Part shown: piece by piece, positions 1-9,755 of the stretch
Position numbering within the stretch: the first letter of the stretch is position 1
How the letters are laid out: every line of letters begins with the position of its first letter
Virus record (IMG/VR): IMGVR_UViG_3300044701_002789
Coordinates: 1-64,000 of that record
Strand: one strand, 5' to 3'
DNA length: 64,000 bases
Made by a program: the position numbers and the translations under genes
The notes under the pieces: generated by a model
The model's input: the letters and a program-made list of their open reading frames with translations, nothing else
The model's database searches: none
Told to the model about the DNA's origin: nothing

Positions 1-1535
1 CTGTGGTTCCTTGAGTACCTTGTGTTCCTTGAGATCCACCTAGTCCTTGAACACTTGTTCCTTGAGTACCTTGAGAACCTGTGGTTCCTTGTGTTCCTTG
101 AGTACCTTGAGTACCTTGAGATCCTGTGGTTCCTTGAGTGCCTTGAGTACCTTGGGTTCCTTGAGATCCTGTGGTTCCTTGAGTACCTTGAGTACCTTGA
201 GTACCTTGAGATCCTGTGGTTCCTTGAGTTCCCTGAGAACCAGTAGTTCCTTGAACACTTGTTCCTTGAGTACCTTGAGAACCTGTAATTCCTTGAGTAC
301 CTTGAGTACCTTGTGTTCCTTGAGATCCTATAGTTCCCTGAGTACCTTGTGTTCCTTGAGTACCTTGTGTTCCTTGTGTTCCTTGAGATCCTGTAGTTCC
401 CTGAATACCTTGAATACCTTGAGAACCTGTAATTCCCTGAGGACCTCTAATTTCTCCAACATTATCCCAAGTAGATCCATCATAAACCCAAAGATGTCCA
501 GTTTCATTATCAATTACTCCATTACCTGCAATAGCATCCGGAAAAGCATTATCAAGAGTTATTTGTGGATCATTTGGGGGATCTATATTTGCGTTAGGTA
601 CTGATCCAATAATTGTTACTGAGGTTCCATCCTTACCAGTAAAACCTTGAATTCCTTGAATTCCAGTAATTCCTTGAGATCCTGTGGTTCCTTGAGTGCC
701 TTGAGTACCTTGGGTTCCTTGAGATCCTGTGGTTCCTTGAGTGCCTTGAGTACCTTGGGTTCCTTGAGATCCTGTGGTTCCTTGAGTACCTTGGGTTCCC
801 GTTGATCCTTGTGTTCCACCCAATCCTTGAACTGAAGTACCTTGAGTACCTTGGGTTCCTTGAGATCCTGTGGTTCCTTGAGTACCTTGGGTTCCTGTAG
901 TTCCTTGAGTACCTTGGGTTCCTTGAGTACCTTGTGTTCCCGTTGATCCTTGTGTTCCACCCAATCCTTGAACTGAAGTACCTTGAGTACCTTGGGTTCC
1001 TGTAGTTCCTTGAGTACCTTGGGTTCCTTGAGATCCTGTGGTTCCTTGAGTACCTTGGGTTCCTTGAGATCCTGTGGTTCCTTGAGTACCTTGGGTTCCT
1101 GTAGTTCCTTGAGTACCTTGGGTTCCTTGAGTACCTTGAGTACCTTGTGTTCCACCCAATCCTTGAACTGAAGTACCTTGAGTACCTTGGGTTCCTGTAG
1201 TTCCTTGAGTACCTTGTGTTCCTTGAGTACCTTGAGATCCTGTAGTTCCTTGTGATCCTTGAATACCTTGAGTACCTTGGGTTCCTGTAGTTCCTTGAGT
1301 TCCCGTTGATCCTTGAGTACCTTGGGTTCCTTGAGATCCTGTGGTTCCTTGAACCGAAATTCCTTGAGATCCAGAAGTACCTTGAGTGCCTTGAATTGAA
1401 GTACCTTGAGTACCTTGTGTTCCTTGAGTACCTTGAGATCCTGTAGTTCCTTGTGATCCTTGAATACCTTGAGTACCTTGGGTTCCTGTAGTTCCTTGAG
1501 TTCCTTGAGTTCCTTGAGTACCTTGAATGCCTTGA
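1..1535. repeat. 9-bp-unit coding repeat (ccttgagta variants) encoding collagen G-X-Y triplets, interrupted by a non-collagen domain at about 440-640
   Basis: direct inspection. Confidence 0.95.
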
Positions 1536-2143
1536 GGGGCGGTTATACCAACATCAATAACACTAGTCCACGAAACACCCAATCCAGTTGAAACTAAAAT
1601 TGATCCAGCTGTTCCAACTTGATTATTAATGTCAACAAGATTACTTTGTAACTTAATATCTCCACCAACATCCAAAAAATACTGAGGTATTGTACTACCA
1701 ATACCAACTTTATTATTTTCATAATCAATGGAGATCAAAGAGGATGCATCAATATCTCCATTATTATTGTAAAGTATATCTCCTTCATTTCCCGGAGCAA
1801 ATATAGTGATTGTAGAAATACTTCCTGATGCAGTAGATACAACTGCATTTCCTCTAAAATCTATCTTAGTAACACTGTTTGCAGTTCCTACTAAAATACC
1901 TTCATCAAATATACTAATGCCCTCAATAAAATTTGCAGGAGGCTCTGGTATCCAATATCTATCATAAACTGTACCATTATCAATAGTTACTAAACGATAA
2001 TAAGTCTGCGCAATCGCAACATTCTTTTCTCCGGGATAACCAAGATTTGGTTCTGCTTGATCCAATCCCAGGTAACGATGTCTGTCACTACTTAGACCCG
2101 AAAAAGATCTAACTTTTTTCCTACCGCTTAAATATTCTGCCAT
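1..2143 (-). CDS. collagen-like tail fibre / virion structural protein (runs off the left window edge)
   Basis: ATG at 2143 (MAEYLSGRKK...DQAEPNLG), open frame into long Gly-X-Gln/Thr triplets (QGTQGTQGTTGSQG); missing from the ORF track because no stop falls in the window. Confidence 0.9.
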   Translation of the reverse strand, partial: MAEYLSGRKKVRSFSGLSSDRHRYLGLDQAEPNLGYPGEKNVAIAQTYYRLVTIDNGTVYDRYWIPEPPANFIEGISIFDEGILVGTANSVTKIDFRGNAVVSTASGSISTITIFAPGNEGDILYNNNGDIDASSLISIDYENNKVGIGSTIPQYFLDVGGDIKLQSNLVDINNQVGTAGSILVSTGLGVSWTSVIDVGITAPQGIQGTQGTQGTQGTTGTQGTQGIQGSQGTTGSQGTQGTQGTQGTSIQGTQGTSGSQGISVQGTTGSQGTQGTQGSTGTQGTTGTQGTQGIQGSQGTTGSQGTQGTQGTQGTTGTQGTQGTSVQGLGGTQGTQGTQGTQGTQGTTGTQGTQGTTGSQGTQGTQGTTGSQGTQGTQGTTGTQGTQGTSVQGLGGTQGSTGTQGTQGTQGTQGTTGTQGTQGTTGSQGTQGTQGTSVQGLGGTQGSTGTQGTQGTTGSQGTQGTQGTQGTTGSQGTQGTQGTQGTTGSQGITGIQGIQGFTGKDGTSVTIIGSVPNANIDPPNDPQITLDNAFPDAIAGNGVIDNETGHLWVYDGSTWDNVGEIRGPQGITGSQGIQGIQGTTGSQGTQGTQGTQGTQGTQGTIGSQGTQGTQGTQGITGSQGTQGTSVQGTTGSQGTQGTTGSQGTQGTQGTQGTTGSQGTQGTQGTQGTTGSQGTQGTQGTQGTTGSQGTQGTSVQGLGGSQGTQGTQGTT

Positions 2144-2145
2144 TC

Positions 2146-2808
2146 TTATACTGTACTATTTTCTAGAATACTACAAATAAATTCCATTTGAAGAGGCCCA
2201 ACTAAACCTCCACTAACATATGTATGTGTAATGCCAGCACCTATTCCACCATATGTCGTGAAAACGGTTCCTCCTCCACCAACACTCTCAACAGTAAAAG
2301 ATACTTGAGGCGAAGGATAAATTGTAGTTGTAATGCCAGAAACACCAGCACAAGTAAACTCAAGACCACTCATTGTGACTTGATTTCCCTCAGAAAAATT
2401 ATGAGGTCCGTAAGTAGTAACAGTAGTCAACCCAGTAATGTGATCATATTTGCAATCATAAACAGAAACAATACCTGCTTGAGTTCCTTCTATAGCAATT
2501 GAGTCCGAAATTAATGCGGTTCGTTCTAATACTAATCTTCCATCAATAATAATTACCGCATCATCTGGTGGAATTTCAACATCTTTAATGATTCTATTAT
2601 TTCTAGTATTGCCAGCAGTTCTTGGAGCAACACTTTTTCTACGATGTGTAAAGGTGACGGTAGGATAAGTTTCACCAATCCCCACATTGGATACTTGAGC
2701 ATATAGGAGAATTGCAGAAACACCTACAGGAGTTGTATAAACTGTTTGTTCTCCTGGTGCAACTGGAACTGCAATTGTAAGAAATTTATTAAGTGGTGCA
2801 ACTGCCAT
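2146..2808 (-). CDS. virion structural protein (tail fibre-associated)
   Basis: 220 aa, Thr/Val/Gly-rich, beta-rich, in tail operon. Confidence 0.6.
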   Translation of the reverse strand: MAVAPLNKFLTIAVPVAPGEQTVYTTPVGVSAILLYAQVSNVGIGETYPTVTFTHRRKSVAPRTAGNTRNNRIIKDVEIPPDDAVIIIDGRLVLERTALISDSIAIEGTQAGIVSVYDCKYDHITGLTTVTTYGPHNFSEGNQVTMSGLEFTCAGVSGITTTIYPSPQVSFTVESVGGGGTVFTTYGGIGAGITHTYVSGGLVGPLQMEFICSILENSTV

Positions 2809-2809
2809 A

Positions 2810-5800
2810 TTATCTTAACGCAAGTATTAATGGGGTAACTTCTGCTTGTATTGCTCTACTAAAATCTCGTCCTCGGATTGTAGAAGTTGTCTGATCAATT
2901 TGGATGCCTTCCCCAATATCAAAGTTTCCTTTTTGGTCGGTGCTGGTAAATGGAATTTGTGCGCCATCTCTAGCAACAACTTCATTTGCTTTAATAGGTA
3001 CTGCACCCCTAAGAGGTGTTGATGTATTTATATCTGTACCTGTACCAATATATTCAAATGAATGAGAACTTGTAAGAATTCTACTAATTCTTCTTAACTC
3101 AATTTCATCATCTTCAAATAATTGGTATGGAATAAATTCATTAAAAGTAACAGTTGTAATTCCAGTAGGATTTGTTGGTTCAGTTGACTCGGATACTGTG
3201 TAATAAATTGGAGACATTACTGCGGTCGCAAGACCAGTGTTTCCTTCAACATCAACTACAATATTTTGTGTTGATAGATAATTTCTTCCAGTGCTTATAA
3301 CATCAATTGAAGTGAGTTGTCCCGACTCATTTACATTTGCAGATGCCTGCGCCACAATACCTTGTGGTCCTTTTGGTTGGAATGTTCCATCTGCATCACG
3401 AATAATTACATTTGGTGGTGATGCCTGACTAAATCCAGAACCACCATTTGTGACGGTAATTGAACTTAGTTCTTGTAAAGGTGCAGTAATTACACCAGTT
3501 CCAACTGCATCTCCTGTATAATTGTCTAAATTAATTTTAAACCATAATGCCTGTCCATCATAAGGTTTTCTTGGATTATTATCAGAATCAAACACTGATG
3601 TTAAAGTTATTCTATCAAGTTCTGGTAATGTGTCGGAAAGAACTTTTCCTGTAAATTCTGTTCTACCAAGACCTACTGCAACAAGACCAAAATTACCAAA
3701 AGATGAGTTTGAGTTTGTAAGATCACAAGAACCACCAGTATCACAATAAATTCCAATATCACAATTAATTGTGAAGATAGAAACTAATTGTGCATATCCA
3801 TTGTTAGTAATTGAAACACCAATACCTGCCTCATTATATTGTGTGAATGAATCACATACCATAGATTTGAGATCTGCGCCTGGAGCAAAACCAATTGCAT
3901 GATCTCCATTAATTTTCATTCCAATGCTACCGGACATAAAGTTGGTGCAGTTTCTTACATATGGAGACCTCCATCTTCCTGATGGTCCTTCAGATGCAGG
4001 CCCTGGTGCAATATAACCGGACATTGCAGAATCACTTGGAGAAATTGGTGGAAATGCGACAGCACCACAACCATTATGCATTACTGAGACATTTGATCCT
4101 GCAAAATTTAAATTCTCAATTAAGCATCCTCTTCTTACATGAAATACATCTTTAGTTGGATTATTTGGAACAATTGTAACTAATCTCAAATCTTGACCCG
4201 AAACAGTTACATCAGTTCTCAGACCAATAGGATTATTTTCATAATATACACCAGAACGCACAAAAATTGTATCTCCATCCTGTGCAATTGCTGCAGCAGC
4301 ACCTATAGTTCTTTTTGCATCTCCTTCAAGTAATCCAGTATTTGAATCATTTCCGTCCATTGTAACCCAAATAGCATTTTGGGTTTGAACTCCAGGTGGT
4401 CTCCAAGATACTCCGGTTCCAACAGAAGCAAGACGATAATCTGTCTTTCCTATTGCAGCACTACCATTACTATCAATTAAACTGGATTTTAATTCTACAG
4501 ATTGCTGAAATAAAGATGATCCACCAACTGTTAGTGATCCATCTAAAGTGAAAGAATCTAATCCCGGATTATACTTAATTCCAGAATCAACTCTAATTGT
4601 TTCAGATTCAGTTGATGTAAAATTTTGTACAAAAGGTATATAATAATTAATGTTATTTGTAGTCTCTACCGTTTTTATAAAAGTAGAGATTCCAGACCTA
4701 TCAGAGTAACTAGAAATTCCAGATCTATCAGAGTAACTAGAAATTCCAGACCTATCGGAATAACTGGAGATTCCTGAAACATCAGAGTAACTAGAGATTC
4801 CAGATCTATCAGAGTAACTAGAGATTCCAGATCTATCAGAGTAACTGGAAATTCCAGATCTTTCTGCATAGATTGCAGTTGAAATAGTACCGGTAGTGAA
4901 ACCGGTAATGATCATATTATTATCAACAAGTGTAAATCCAGAAAGAGTGGATGTTCCATCAACTATTAAGGGACCATCTAATGTTAAAGAATTTAAACTA
5001 GGATTATACTTAATTCCAAAATCAACTCTAATTGTTTCAGATTCAGTTGAAGTTGAATTTTGTACGAATGGCACAAAATAATTAATGTTATCTGTAGTCT
5101 CTACGGTTTTTATGAAGGTAGAGATTCCAGATCTATCAGAGTAACTAGAGATTCCAGATCTGTCGGAATAACTAGAGATTCCAGATCTTTCTGCATAGAT
5201 TGCAGTTGAAATAGTACCGGTAGTGAAACCGGTAATGATCATATTATTATCAACAAGTGTAAATCCGGAAAGAATAGTTTCTCCATCTACCCTTAGGTTA
5301 TTTCCAATATTTAAATTCTCTTCAATACCAACACCACCATTAGTAATTACTAATGCTCCAGTATCTTTAGATGTTGAAGATGTTAAATTATTGAATGTTA
5401 CAATTCCGTCAACATCTAAATTTGAATTTAACTCCGCATCATTATCTACAATTAATAATCCAGATAATTTAGTATCACCAAAAACATCCAAATCATATTG
5501 TGGAACGGTGTTTATACCAACTTTACTTACTCGGTAGATATCTTTATCAGTTGTTTCCGACCACCTATCGGAAACAATTATAGAAGCCACAGATGTTTCT
5601 GCAGTTCCAACAATAACATCTACCAAGTTATTTTGATCAATGCCATCATAAAAATCTAATCTAGAAACTGTTCCTGCATATACTCCTTCATTATATACAT
5701 CAATTGCTTGTATTGGAGGAGCAACGGATGCCAAATTGCCCCACCTTACCCCAGAAGCATCTGATATTAAAATCTGTCCAGGAACACCTCTACTATTAAA

Positions 5801-6043
5801 ATGATCATAAAGAAATCTATTTAAATAGAAATCTCGTCTGAGGTAAATATCATTTGTTGTTAACGATCCTGTGTATATGCCACATGCATCAATATAAATG
5901 TCGCCAGTATATGTTCCTATTCCACAAGGATCTATAATATCGTATTCAAATTCTGCAGGTTCAGTTGCTATGCCTGTTGGACCATATACTTCATTTGCAG
6001 TATCTGTGGTATCATTTAGATACCAAAAATTAGGATCAAACAT
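2810..6043 (-). CDS. tail fibre/spike with pectin-lyase-like beta-helix region
   Basis: GNDSNTG..AKRTIGAA..GDTIFVRSGVYYE beta-helix start motif; SGISSYSDR repeats. Confidence 0.75.
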   Translation of the reverse strand: MFDPNFWYLNDTTDTANEVYGPTGIATEPAEFEYDIIDPCGIGTYTGDIYIDACGIYTGSLTTNDIYLRRDFYLNRFLYDHFNSRGVPGQILISDASGVRWGNLASVAPPIQAIDVYNEGVYAGTVSRLDFYDGIDQNNLVDVIVGTAETSVASIIVSDRWSETTDKDIYRVSKVGINTVPQYDLDVFGDTKLSGLLIVDNDAELNSNLDVDGIVTFNNLTSSTSKDTGALVITNGGVGIEENLNIGNNLRVDGETILSGFTLVDNNMIITGFTTGTISTAIYAERSGISSYSDRSGISSYSDRSGISTFIKTVETTDNINYFVPFVQNSTSTESETIRVDFGIKYNPSLNSLTLDGPLIVDGTSTLSGFTLVDNNMIITGFTTGTISTAIYAERSGISSYSDRSGISSYSDRSGISSYSDVSGISSYSDRSGISSYSDRSGISSYSDRSGISTFIKTVETTNNINYYIPFVQNFTSTESETIRVDSGIKYNPGLDSFTLDGSLTVGGSSLFQQSVELKSSLIDSNGSAAIGKTDYRLASVGTGVSWRPPGVQTQNAIWVTMDGNDSNTGLLEGDAKRTIGAAAAIAQDGDTIFVRSGVYYENNPIGLRTDVTVSGQDLRLVTIVPNNPTKDVFHVRRGCLIENLNFAGSNVSVMHNGCGAVAFPPISPSDSAMSGYIAPGPASEGPSGRWRSPYVRNCTNFMSGSIGMKINGDHAIGFAPGADLKSMVCDSFTQYNEAGIGVSITNNGYAQLVSIFTINCDIGIYCDTGGSCDLTNSNSSFGNFGLVAVGLGRTEFTGKVLSDTLPELDRITLTSVFDSDNNPRKPYDGQALWFKINLDNYTGDAVGTGVITAPLQELSSITVTNGGSGFSQASPPNVIIRDADGTFQPKGPQGIVAQASANVNESGQLTSIDVISTGRNYLSTQNIVVDVEGNTGLATAVMSPIYYTVSESTEPTNPTGITTVTFNEFIPYQLFEDDEIELRRISRILTSSHSFEYIGTGTDINTSTPLRGAVPIKANEVVARDGAQIPFTSTDQKGNFDIGEGIQIDQTTSTIRGRDFSRAIQAEVTPLILALR
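4600..5275. repeat. internal duplication with 27-bp tandem repeats (SGISSYSDR)
   Basis: two copies of SGFTLVDNNMIITGFTTGTISTAIYAER, followed by 2 versus 6 SGISSYSD(R/V) units. Confidence 0.9.
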
Positions 6044-6770
6044 CTTTTAATATATTTTGTATTTCCTGTTTTATAAAGTTTTCCATATAATTGTGCTCAA
6101 AGTTGAATGAGTATCCTTCATTACCATTTGGATAGTCAAGATAACTATCTCCTTCATACTCCACAATCAAATCATCATCCAATCTACGACCAATAATATA
6201 ATATCCCGCATTAATGGGATTAGAATTATTATTTTTTACAATAATTTGATTTTTTTCTTTTATTACTTTCTCTATATATAACTCTTGCCAGGAACCAATC
6301 GGAGTAAAGTTTACTGTTATATCATCTAAATTTACTAATCCAACCCAGAATGATGGTAAAGTTATAATTCCATCTTCTAAAACTTTACCTCTACAATACA
6401 CTGCAATCTCTGGACCCTCTATACAAACATGTCGCAATCTCCATCCCTTCTTATTAGGATGTTCCATATCAAATGGTAAGTTCTTTTTATTGGAAAGAAC
6501 ATGCGCTCCCCCATTGGAAACAACTTGACCAGTTGCTAGAACATTTCCATTTGAAATAATGTTTGCCAATGACCATAATGATCCCACCTTCATATTATAG
6601 TAATAATATGGAACACATTGAGGCGGAAGATCTAAATCTACATTTAATGGTCCATTATCATTATTATCATGTTTAGGTACAAAATCATATCGCGATGAAG
6701 GAATACCTCCAATAATAGGATCACTACAGTCCGTTTTTCCGATATCCCTTAATATGAATCTATCTGCCAT
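6036..6770 (-). CDS. tail/baseplate-associated protein (paralogue of the next gene)
   Basis: shares FDxxHPxKxGWRLRHxCxEGP domain with 6777..7562. Confidence 0.6.
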   Translation of the reverse strand: MADRFILRDIGKTDCSDPIIGGIPSSRYDFVPKHDNNDNGPLNVDLDLPPQCVPYYYYNMKVGSLWSLANIISNGNVLATGQVVSNGGAHVLSNKKNLPFDMEHPNKKGWRLRHVCIEGPEIAVYCRGKVLEDGIITLPSFWVGLVNLDDITVNFTPIGSWQELYIEKVIKEKNQIIVKNNNSNPINAGYYIIGRRLDDDLIVEYEGDSYLDYPNGNEGYSFNFEHNYMENFIKQEIQNILKDV

Positions 6771-6776
6771 GTTTAG

Positions 6777-7562
6777 TTACCTTTTAGAATCATAATGATA
6801 ACCAACTACGGAATATTCATCATTATTTCCAGGATAATCTGCTGGAGAAGTTCCTTCATATTCAGGGATTAATTTTTCACCATCTATTCTTTCCGCAAAA
6901 ATAGTATAAAAACAATCAATATCCTTATTATTTTCTTCTTGAAGATTTATTATCTCATCAGTCCAATTTAATACAATAATATTTTGAAACTGACCTATTG
7001 GAGTTATTGTTACTACAATACTTTCTTTATCCACAAAATTCTTCCAGTATTCTGGTAATATAATTTGATTAGAATTTGTTAATCTACCTTTAATATAAAC
7101 ATCATTAGAAGGTCCTTCTGGACAAGTATGTCTCAGTCTCCAACCTTCTTTTGTGGGATGTGGAATATCAAAATTCTTTTTTAATGATAGAATATGTTTG
7201 CCGCAACGAGATACAACTTCACCTTGAGCAATTACATCTCTTCCCACATTAACATCTTCCGCAGTATCCACCGTATCCATAAATGCAGAAGGTCCTCTTA
7301 CGCCTAATGAATATGGATTATTAGTTCCTGTGCATAATGCCCCAGGAATTATAGGAGGCAGAGAATCAGTATTACTCAACGGACCAATCATTACAGTCGC
7401 CCAGATTCCAGGAAATTCAACATCATCTCCGGCAATTAAAGGGCCTTGAACGTATGCCGATCCTCTAATTGCGGCAGGACCCCTACCCAAAATTTCTGGT
7501 TTTACTGCATCGCACGCTACAAATAATCGTTGTATATTTTCTTCATCTGTGAATGATGACAT
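6777..7562 (-). CDS. tail/baseplate-associated protein
   Basis: FDIPHPTKEGWRLRHTCPEGP domain; tail operon context. Confidence 0.6.
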   Translation of the reverse strand: MSSFTDEENIQRLFVACDAVKPEILGRGPAAIRGSAYVQGPLIAGDDVEFPGIWATVMIGPLSNTDSLPPIIPGALCTGTNNPYSLGVRGPSAFMDTVDTAEDVNVGRDVIAQGEVVSRCGKHILSLKKNFDIPHPTKEGWRLRHTCPEGPSNDVYIKGRLTNSNQIILPEYWKNFVDKESIVVTITPIGQFQNIIVLNWTDEIINLQEENNKDIDCFYTIFAERIDGEKLIPEYEGTSPADYPGNNDEYSVVGYHYDSKR

Positions 7563-7573
7563 TTAATTTCTCC

Positions 7574-8173
7574 TTAAAAATTAGATCCTGGTTTAACGGA
7601 ACCAAGTGCTCTTTTATTAACTGGCAAACAAGGACTCTTGAGGGCACTAGCATTACTCAATTTCTGAAAACTTCCTGCGGTCATTTTCATAATATTTTTA
7701 GCACTTGTATTTATTTCCGATGAATAAAGACTCATTGCTTCACCAGCTTTAATATTAATATGTTTAGCGGAATCTAATTCAATTTTTTCATTTGCCTGGA
7801 GAGAAATAATTCCATTGCTGTTATCATTTCCGGAAGCAATCAATTGAATATTTTCTGCTTGAACTTTAAATGTACCTTTAGTTACAATTTCAATATTTCC
7901 TTTAGCAATTCCATCACCACCAGATGCGTTTAGATAAAATGCAACATCATTTTTCTGTATATTATCACCACAAGTAATTTGATATCTTCCTCTACATCTA
8001 GACCATATCCACCCAGGTCTTTTTCCAACTTGTTCAATAGTGATAAATTCAAGTCCACCTTGTCCCTGTAACATGATAGAAGATTTTGTTTGATCACTAT
8101 GAATGTGTCCAAATCTTAAATTTCCATCTTTAGTTCGTATATCTTTTATTTCTTTATTTTGTGATTTTGACAT
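7574..8173 (-). CDS. gp5/VgrG C-terminal-like spike protein
   Basis: alternating beta-strand repeats; downstream of gp5-like gene; likely start MSKSQ at 8173. Confidence 0.5.
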   Translation of the reverse strand: MSKSQNKEIKDIRTKDGNLRFGHIHSDQTKSSIMLQGQGGLEFITIEQVGKRPGWIWSRCRGRYQITCGDNIQKNDVAFYLNASGGDGIAKGNIEIVTKGTFKVQAENIQLIASGNDNSNGIISLQANEKIELDSAKHINIKAGEAMSLYSSEINTSAKNIMKMTAGSFQKLSNASALKSPCLPVNKRALGSVKPGSNF

Positions 8174-9753
8174 TAGAATACTCTCCCAACACAATCTATG
8201 ACAGTTATTAATTGAACATTTTCTGGCACACTTTCAATTTGACTTTCTATTGGTAAAGTTAAATCTATTCTAATAGGTTTTAAAATTACAGAAAATGTTG
8301 CATTAAACCCAGTATTGGAATTTGTTCTTATACTAGGTAAATCCAAAAATCCCGCGCCAGGTTTAATTATATTTACCCGATCAATTTGACCAGAATCATT
8401 TACTACTAATTCTGTTGAAGAACCATTATTTGGAGTTATTATTAACTTATCGCCCGGTCTATATCCGAATCCAGGATTCAAAACAACAATTTCATCAATA
8501 ACCAAAATTACTGGATAAGTTGGGCCAATATTTTCTGGTGATGGTGGTGTGACTGGAACTAAAGGTAATGACACAACCTCGTCCCTATCTAATATTCTAG
8601 GAGGTCCATCTGGCGGAAAATAAGTATCTCCTTTTTTAACTTCAATGGGTCTATATGGTTGAACAACATATTTACCACCACATTTTGTCTGCACATATCC
8701 TTCATCAGGTTCTTTCCAGACTCTTTCATTACCACCCAAACTCCCATCAGGTGCAGACAAATATCCATCACCAGGAGCGACTATGGTTATATTTTTTATT
8801 TTCTTACTTCTTTTTAATTTCTTAACAATCTCTTTTTCAAATTTATTTCTAGGATCATCACACTGATTAAAAAAATCTTGGTTAGATGTTCCAGTGTCCC
8901 CAGGGCCTCCTGTCCCAGCACCACCAGCACCTCCAGCACCTCCAGCACCTCCGGCGCCTGTCCCAGCACCACCAGCACCACCAGCACCTCCAGCACCTCC
9001 AGCACCTCCAGCACCTCCAGCACCTCCGGCGCCATCAGCACCTCCGGCGCCTGTCCCAGCACCACCAGCACCACCAGCGCCTCCGGCGCCTGTCCCAGCA
9101 CCACCAGCGCCTCCGGCGCCTGTCCCAGCACCACCAGCGCCTCCGGCGCCTGTCCCAGCACCTCCAGCGCCTGTCCCAGCACCTCCAGCGCCTCCGGCGC
9201 CTGTCCCAGCACCACCAGTACCTCCAGCACCACCAATTATACCAGAACCAGTTCTATCATTAGTTGTTAAATCAATTCCACTAGTATCTTGATCATCATC
9301 TATTAAGTTTACTAATAATTTACTACCATTACCTTTTCCGCATGGGTCTATAAGTTCTGCGGAAACATTATTTAAAAATCCAAATCCAGGATTCACAATA
9401 TCAAATCCAATAACTGAAGATGATATTGGACTTATAATTGCATTCGCCGCAGCACCAAATCCGCCACCACCAAAAAATTGAACCAATGGAGGACCACAAA
9501 GTTGAGGATCTGTTGGACAACTTGGAGCAGTTGGAAGTAAATTGGTTGGTGATAATTGATTGACTTCATTAATAGAAAGTTCCTGTTCAATTCCATCGCC
9601 ATTTTGAAAATAAAACCTTTTTGATGGATCTGACTGAGCAACTTGATTTGCCTGATCTACAGTTAATCCACCAACTTTTTTACCATCATTATCAATGAAT
9701 GAAACCTTTATACCAGTCTGAGGAATAATTTTTGATAAAAATGGAAATGACAT
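8173..9753 (-). CDS. baseplate/tail structural protein with Gly-Ala-rich linker
   Basis: NPGxGY/F motifs typical of cyanophage virion proteins; GGAGGAGTGA tract. Confidence 0.6.
   Translation of the reverse strand: MSFPFLSKIIPQTGIKVSFIDNDGKKVGGLTVDQANQVAQSDPSKRFYFQNGDGIEQELSINEVNQLSPTNLLPTAPSCPTDPQLCGPPLVQFFGGGGFGAAANAIISPISSSVIGFDIVNPGFGFLNNVSAELIDPCGKGNGSKLLVNLIDDDQDTSGIDLTTNDRTGSGIIGGAGGTGGAGTGAGGAGGAGTGAGGAGTGAGGAGGAGTGAGGAGGAGTGAGGAGGAGGAGTGAGGADGAGGAGGAGGAGGAGGAGGAGGAGTGAGGAGGAGGAGGAGTGGPGDTGTSNQDFFNQCDDPRNKFEKEIVKKLKRSKKIKNITIVAPGDGYLSAPDGSLGGNERVWKEPDEGYVQTKCGGKYVVQPYRPIEVKKGDTYFPPDGPPRILDRDEVVSLPLVPVTPPSPENIGPTYPVILVIDEIVVLNPGFGYRPGDKLIITPNNGSSTELVVNDSGQIDRVNIIKPGAGFLDLPSIRTNSNTGFNATFSVILKPIRIDLTLPIESQIESVPENVQLITVIDCVGRVF
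8905..9236. repeat. GC-rich 9/15-bp tandem repeat encoding (GGA)n/GTGA
   Basis: direct inspection. Confidence 0.95.
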
Positions 9754-9755
9754 TA

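Noticed and set aside
22-1171. Several ORF-track ORFs (LEYLE, SLSTL and KVLKE repeats)
   Set aside because: Shadow frames of the collagen repeat; the real frame is the minus-strand gene starting at 2143.
8814-9292. Pro/Ala-, His/Gln- and Ser/Thr-rich overlapping ORFs
   Set aside because: Alternative frames of the Gly-Ala repeat in 8173..9753.
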